Shown piece after piece: positions 49,674 through 53,074 of a stretch of DNA of 53,074 nucleotides. Numbering within the stretch: the first letter of the stretch is position 1; the number at the start of each line of letters is the position of its first letter. A program made the position numbers and the translations under genes. The stretch spans positions 1-53,074 of the forward strand of contig CALVNA010000003.1 of the NCBI GenBank assembly GCA_944349535.1, read 5' to 3'. The DNA comes from an uncultured Clostridia bacterium (lineage in GTDB: Bacteria > Bacillota > Clostridia > Christensenellales > UBA1242). Under the pieces are notes generated by a model. It searched no databases. It was given only the letters and a program-made list of their open reading frames with translations, and was not told the origin of the DNA.

Positions 49674-49912
49674 ATGTTTAATTGTTGTAGTAATAATTGC
49701 AGGCCCAATTTTATTCCTGTAAGTTTTGTAACAACTCCATCAGTTACAGGTCCTGCAGGTCCACAAGGTCCAACAGGTCCGAGGTGACTCTTGAAGTTGT
49801 TTTGGAGCTTAAAGCTGGAAATGTTGTTAAGTTTAAGCAAACCGGTGCGTCAATGGGTTGTTCTCTTGGGAATATGAAGGTAAATATTCAGAAAATGAAT
49901 ATCGGAGAATAG
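49674..49912 (+). pseudogene. Internally deleted, frameshifted collagen-like (BclA-type) spore-surface gene
   Basis: AAGGAG RBS; MFNCCSNNCRPNFIPVSFVTTPSVTGPAGPQGPTGPR* (stop 49785-49787); the -1 frame continues EVTLEVVLELKAGNVVKFKQ...NIQKM, resembling the end of a C1q/BclA C-terminal domain. Confidence 0.6.
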
Positions 49913-49921
49913 AAACAAAAG

Positions 49922-50089
49922 AATGTCATCTTCAAAAGTTGAAGGGTTGACACAATATTTGCCTTTTTTAGATTTTAGCAGTGAGTGATACATCAAAATT
50001 GGCAGCTCCACACAATTTTCTTCAGCATAGCTGGCTTTTTGTGGAAGAAGTAAGGGCAGTATTATGAAAATCACAGCTAGAAACATCAA
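49922..50089 (-). pseudogene. 5' fragment of polysaccharide deacetylase
   Basis: Signal peptide followed by LPILMYHS.LK...GKY.V.P..FEDD; then homology ends with no TFDDG catalytic motif. Confidence 0.75.
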
Positions 50090-50227
50090 TCTTTTCAGGT
50101 GATTAATGTTTGCAAAATGACAAATTTTATGACAATATAAACAAAATCTATTTGAAAGCTTTTCTAAAAAATTTGTCTAATTTGTCAAATGGGATTCTGT
50201 CTGCTCTGTCATATAAGTCGATATGCT

Positions 50228-50413
50228 CTGCATGGCTGTGGAGTGATTGGCAAGATTGTCCGAGTTTCTGTTGAAGACAAAGTATTAAAAAATGGTCAAG
50301 TTGACATATCTCTCTTAGAAGCCATCGCTTTTGATCCTTACACACACGGTTATTGCAGAGTTCAACAGCGGGTGGGCAATGCTTTTAAAGATGAACTTGA
50401 ACTAAAAAAATAA
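50228..50413 (+). pseudogene. 3' fragment of flavin reductase (flavoredoxin-like) gene
   Basis: VIGKIVRVSVEDKVL.NGQVD...L..IAFDP....Y......VGNAF.D is the typical C-terminus; no N-terminal half or RBS; terminator retained at 50406-50437. Confidence 0.7.
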
Positions 50414-50586
50414 TCTGCTTTATTGCAGATTATTTTTATTTTATTCATAAAAAATCAAGTTCTTATTTGAAATAATTTTTTTGTTTGAACCTGTCAGCTC
50501 TTGCTTTTTGATTTAAGCGTTGACTTTTGTTTAAAATCATGTATAATAAATTTACTGAAAATTTTCAGCAAAAAGGAGGGGAAAGT

Positions 50587-51105
50587 ATGGAAATTATTGA
50601 TTTGTATGACGAAAATAAAGAGCTGACAGGCGAAACACTAGTTCGAGGAGAGCCTATGCCACAAGGCAGATACAAATTGTCTATTCATATATGGATCATG
50701 AATAGTGAAGGCAAAGTATATATTCAAAAAAGAGCTGCTGAAAGAAAAATTTTCCCAAACAAGTGGGAAAATCCTGGTGGCGGTGCCACTGTTGGACAGA
50801 CCAGTGAACAAAGCTTTGTAAGAGAGTTTGAAGAAGAGCTGGGGATTTCTCCTGATTTAAAAAACTCGAAGCTGATTTTAACCATAAAAAGAGAAAAAGA
50901 CTTTGTTGATATGTGGTTTGTCAAACAAGATTTTGATATAGCCAAACTTAAATTGCAAAAGGAAGAAGTTTGTGCTGCAAAATGGGCAACCTTTGAAGAT
51001 ATTAAAGAAATGATTGAAAAAGGAGAGTTTTGTCCAACGATCAATCAAAGCTTAGAACCATTTTTGCAGTATATCTCTACTCACAGCCAAGCAAAAGAGT
51101 GTTAA
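50587..51105 (+). CDS. NUDIX hydrolase (Idi/YfcD-like)
   Basis: QKRA..RK.FPNKW..GGG...GQTSEQSFVREFEEELGI NUDIX box; GGAGG RBS; TTGACT-N16-TATAAT at 50520-50547. Confidence 0.9.
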   Translation: MEIIDLYDENKELTGETLVRGEPMPQGRYKLSIHIWIMNSEGKVYIQKRAAERKIFPNKWENPGGGATVGQTSEQSFVREFEEELGISPDLKNSKLILTIKREKDFVDMWFVKQDFDIAKLKLQKEEVCAAKWATFEDIKEMIEKGEFCPTINQSLEPFLQYISTHSQAKEC

Positions 51106-51134
51106 ATCGCTAAGTATCAGATCTTAGCGATTTT
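51104..51134 (+). terminator. Intrinsic terminator
   Basis: aaatcgctaag...cttagcgatttt. Confidence 0.75.
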
Positions 51135-51274
51135 TTAAATTTAAAATAGTTTAAATCGCTCGCTGCTTTTTGTGATAATAAATTAAAAAAAATAGAAAGA
51201 ATTAAAGAAGAAAAACTTTAACATTTATGTAATTGAGCGGCAAACACAAAGAAAATGATGTTGTCAATAAAAAA

Positions 51275-51409
51275 ACTCGCATATAAGCGAGTAATACTGG
51301 AGCTTTTCAGTGAGCGGGAGCGAACGCTGAGCGGCTCCAGTGCAAACGGAAGTTTGCCTTGTGCGAGAGCACAAAAAAACTTGCCATAAGGCAAGTTTTA
51401 CTGGAGCTT
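51275..51409. repeat. Multi-hairpin element bounded by direct repeat TACTGGAGCTT
   Basis: TACTGGAGCTT at 51295-51305 and 51399-51409, each preceded by a hairpin; internal stems actggagc/gctccagt, gcaaac-GGAA-gtttgc and ttgtgc-GAGA-gcacaa. Confidence 0.65.
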
Positions 51410-51436
51410 ATGATGGGGACTTGAACTCATGACCTC
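51402..51436 (-). other. tRNA 3'-half remnant (probably tRNA-Thr), att-like site
   Basis: Minus strand GAGGTC ATGAG TTCAAGT CCCCAT CATAAGC T CCA gives a variable loop, degenerate T-arm, acceptor 3' strand and CCA; no D or anticodon arm. Confidence 0.7.
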
Positions 51437-51787
51437 AGCGCAAGGATGAAGCAAAATGGCTTTTATATTAAAAAATTTTTCAACATAAAAAGACAAGCGA
51501 TGCTTGCTGTTAAGTTTGGAAAAAATGGAAAACTTGTTGAAAAGGCTTTTCAACTGTTTAAGCAAGTCGCCATAAAAAAAGTGGCAGCGCAAGAAGGAAT
51601 TGCGTATGCGGCTTTTTCTGCTAGCATCAAAAAACATTCCAAAAAAAGCAAGGATGATGGCAAACCAAAAATTCCTGAAGAGTATTGATAAAAAAGAAGG
51701 CTAAAGCTTTTTTGCAAAGCCTTCTTTTTTATCAATATCGTTTGGTTTTAATATAAATTTGCGTTATACTTTTCTTGTGAGGGGGGG

Positions 51788-52603
51788 ATGAAAAAAGCAA
51801 TTCTTGAACAAATGCTGTGTGATTGCCAAATAGGCATGTATTTTGACGGCGTAAAAAAGTTGTCAAATGGCTTTGTGGTCTATTCAAATTTTATCAAAGA
51901 TGAAAATTGGAATTTTATCGCAGGGTTAAAGGCAAAAAGCGTTAAAGAGTTTGACCATCTCATCAAACAAGGTGGCGACTTTTTGGCTGGGCAAGGCAAA
52001 AAAATGTGTTTTTCGCTTTCTCCACTTGCTTCAATCAGTTTGGCAGTCAGAAAGCATATTGAAAAAAACTTTCAAAAAGTGGACGAAGATGTTTTTCTTC
52101 TGTGCAAAAAAATTGCAAAGGTAAGGCCGCTGGGAGAGGACTATACATTCAAAAAAATTGACAACTCCCGCCAGAGAGAGCTGTTTGTTCAGACCTTTCG
52201 CAGCAGCAAACAGCAAACTTTGCCGGGCGACACCTATAAGCCGCTGGGAGAAGAATATTTCCAGGCGCTTGACCACTCCTTTGACAAACGCGGTCAGTGG
52301 CAGTTTGTGCACTATCTAAGCCTTTTCAAAGAAAAACCTGTTGGCATGGTCTCATTATGCAAAAAAGGTGAGTTTTGCGGCATATTTGGCGCGGGCACTT
52401 ATGTCAAACATAGAGGCAAAGGGGTGTTTTCAAACCTTTTTAAATTTATTTACGACGAGCAAACAAAACTTGGCGTGAAATACTTCTTCTGCACCACAAA
52501 AGCCAATTCATACAACCATAAATTTTACAACAAACTGGGGTTTAAAGACTGCTTTTTACTTGAGAGATGGATGGAAAAAAAGAGAGGAAAAGATGGAGAA
52601 TAA
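51788..52603 (+). CDS. GNAT-family N-acetyltransferase
   Basis: C-terminal PVGMVSL..GIFGAGT..HRGKGV...FYNKLGF; GAGG RBS. Confidence 0.85.
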   Translation: MKKAILEQMLCDCQIGMYFDGVKKLSNGFVVYSNFIKDENWNFIAGLKAKSVKEFDHLIKQGGDFLAGQGKKMCFSLSPLASISLAVRKHIEKNFQKVDEDVFLLCKKIAKVRPLGEDYTFKKIDNSRQRELFVQTFRSSKQQTLPGDTYKPLGEEYFQALDHSFDKRGQWQFVHYLSLFKEKPVGMVSLCKKGEFCGIFGAGTYVKHRGKGVFSNLFKFIYDEQTKLGVKYFFCTTKANSYNHKFYNKLGFKDCFLLERWMEKKRGKDGE

Positions 52604-53074
52604 AAAAAATTTCAACTGGCTTGAAAAACTTGTAAGAAAAAGTTTTGGGCAAGAGTATAAACTTGAGGTGTTCTATCAAGGCGACGACGTTTTTGCGGAT
52701 GAAGCGCAAATTTTTTTGAAAGTGCCGTTTAGCAAAATTTACACAAAAGTGCAGTTTTCTTCTTTTTTGCAACTTAGGCAGCAAATTGAAGAGTTTGGCA
52801 AAGAGCAAACATGGAAGGCTGTCAAAGAATATCTAGAAGACAAGGCTTTGGTGCTTAATCTTGACCCGCTTTTGCTGCCAGCTGTCAAACTTTGCATAGA
52901 AAAAAATGATTGTTCAACCACTTTGGTGCAGCGAGAATTTGGCATAGGCTACCCGCGTGCGGCAAGAATTGTTGATCAAATGATAGAGCTTGGATTTGCA
53001 AGCGGCGAGTGCCCAAGAAAGATGCTTGTTTCATCCGAAAAAAAAAAAAAAAAATTTTCAGATGTCTCTTGGCC
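52593..53074 (+). CDS. Small protein with FtsK gamma (winged-helix) domain, open at window end
   Basis: ATG at 52593 after GAGG; DPLLLPAVKLCIEKNDCSTTLVQREFGIGYPRAARIVDQMIELGF...PRKML. Absent from the ORF track because it has no stop in the window. Confidence 0.8.
   Translation, partial: MENKKNFNWLEKLVRKSFGQEYKLEVFYQGDDVFADEAQIFLKVPFSKIYTKVQFSSFLQLRQQIEEFGKEQTWKAVKEYLEDKALVLNLDPLLLPAVKLCIEKNDCSTTLVQREFGIGYPRAARIVDQMIELGFASGECPRKMLVSSEKKKKKFSDVSW

Noticed and set aside
51402-51480. Intact tRNA gene
   Set aside because: Only the 3' half is present; there is no anticodon arm, D-arm or complementary 5' acceptor strand, and the T-stem is mismatched.
51446-51688. 80-aa ORF with a faint HTH-like segment (IKKVAAQEGIAYAAFSASIKK) followed by a terminator
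   Set aside because: No good RBS and the similarity is too weak to call; possibly a remnant at the island edge.

Overview
AT-rich chromosomal window from a spore-forming Bacillota, most likely an uncultured, genome-reduced Clostridia (inferred from the Prp-cleaved L27, the yqfA-D-like genes and a Cys-rich spore protein). The genetic code is standard. Core genes: fusA-tuf, sepF-lspA-rluD, the L21 leader with rplU-prp-rpmA, an 8-oxoG glycosylase, floA-(yqfB-like)-yqfC-yqfD-ybeY-era, divergent murB/murC, an enoate-reductase-type flavoenzyme, eno and ndk. Accessory content: (i) a tandemly duplicated module made of the rluD 3' end, a sigma-A promoter, a WG-like repeat protein with hypervariable repeat positions, a 35-aa micro-ORF and a terminator; (ii) three giant membrane-anchored surface proteins (1369, 2098 and 1756 aa), two of them co-transcribed with an ABC ATPase/permease pair; (iii) a transglutaminase-like Cys-His-Asp protein; (iv) a DUF4011-SF1 helicase-nuclease (Hhe-like); (v) three adjacent gene remnants; (vi) a tRNA 3'-end remnant with a structured repeat that probably marks an island edge. 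Two signals stand out. First, murB and murC each sit behind a sigma-K-like, apparently leaderless promoter, and the large surface proteins use transmembrane rather than wall anchors, hinting at spore-restricted peptidoglycan synthesis. Second, the diversifying repeat-protein/micro-protein module. All calls were made by eye from motifs; no database searches were run.
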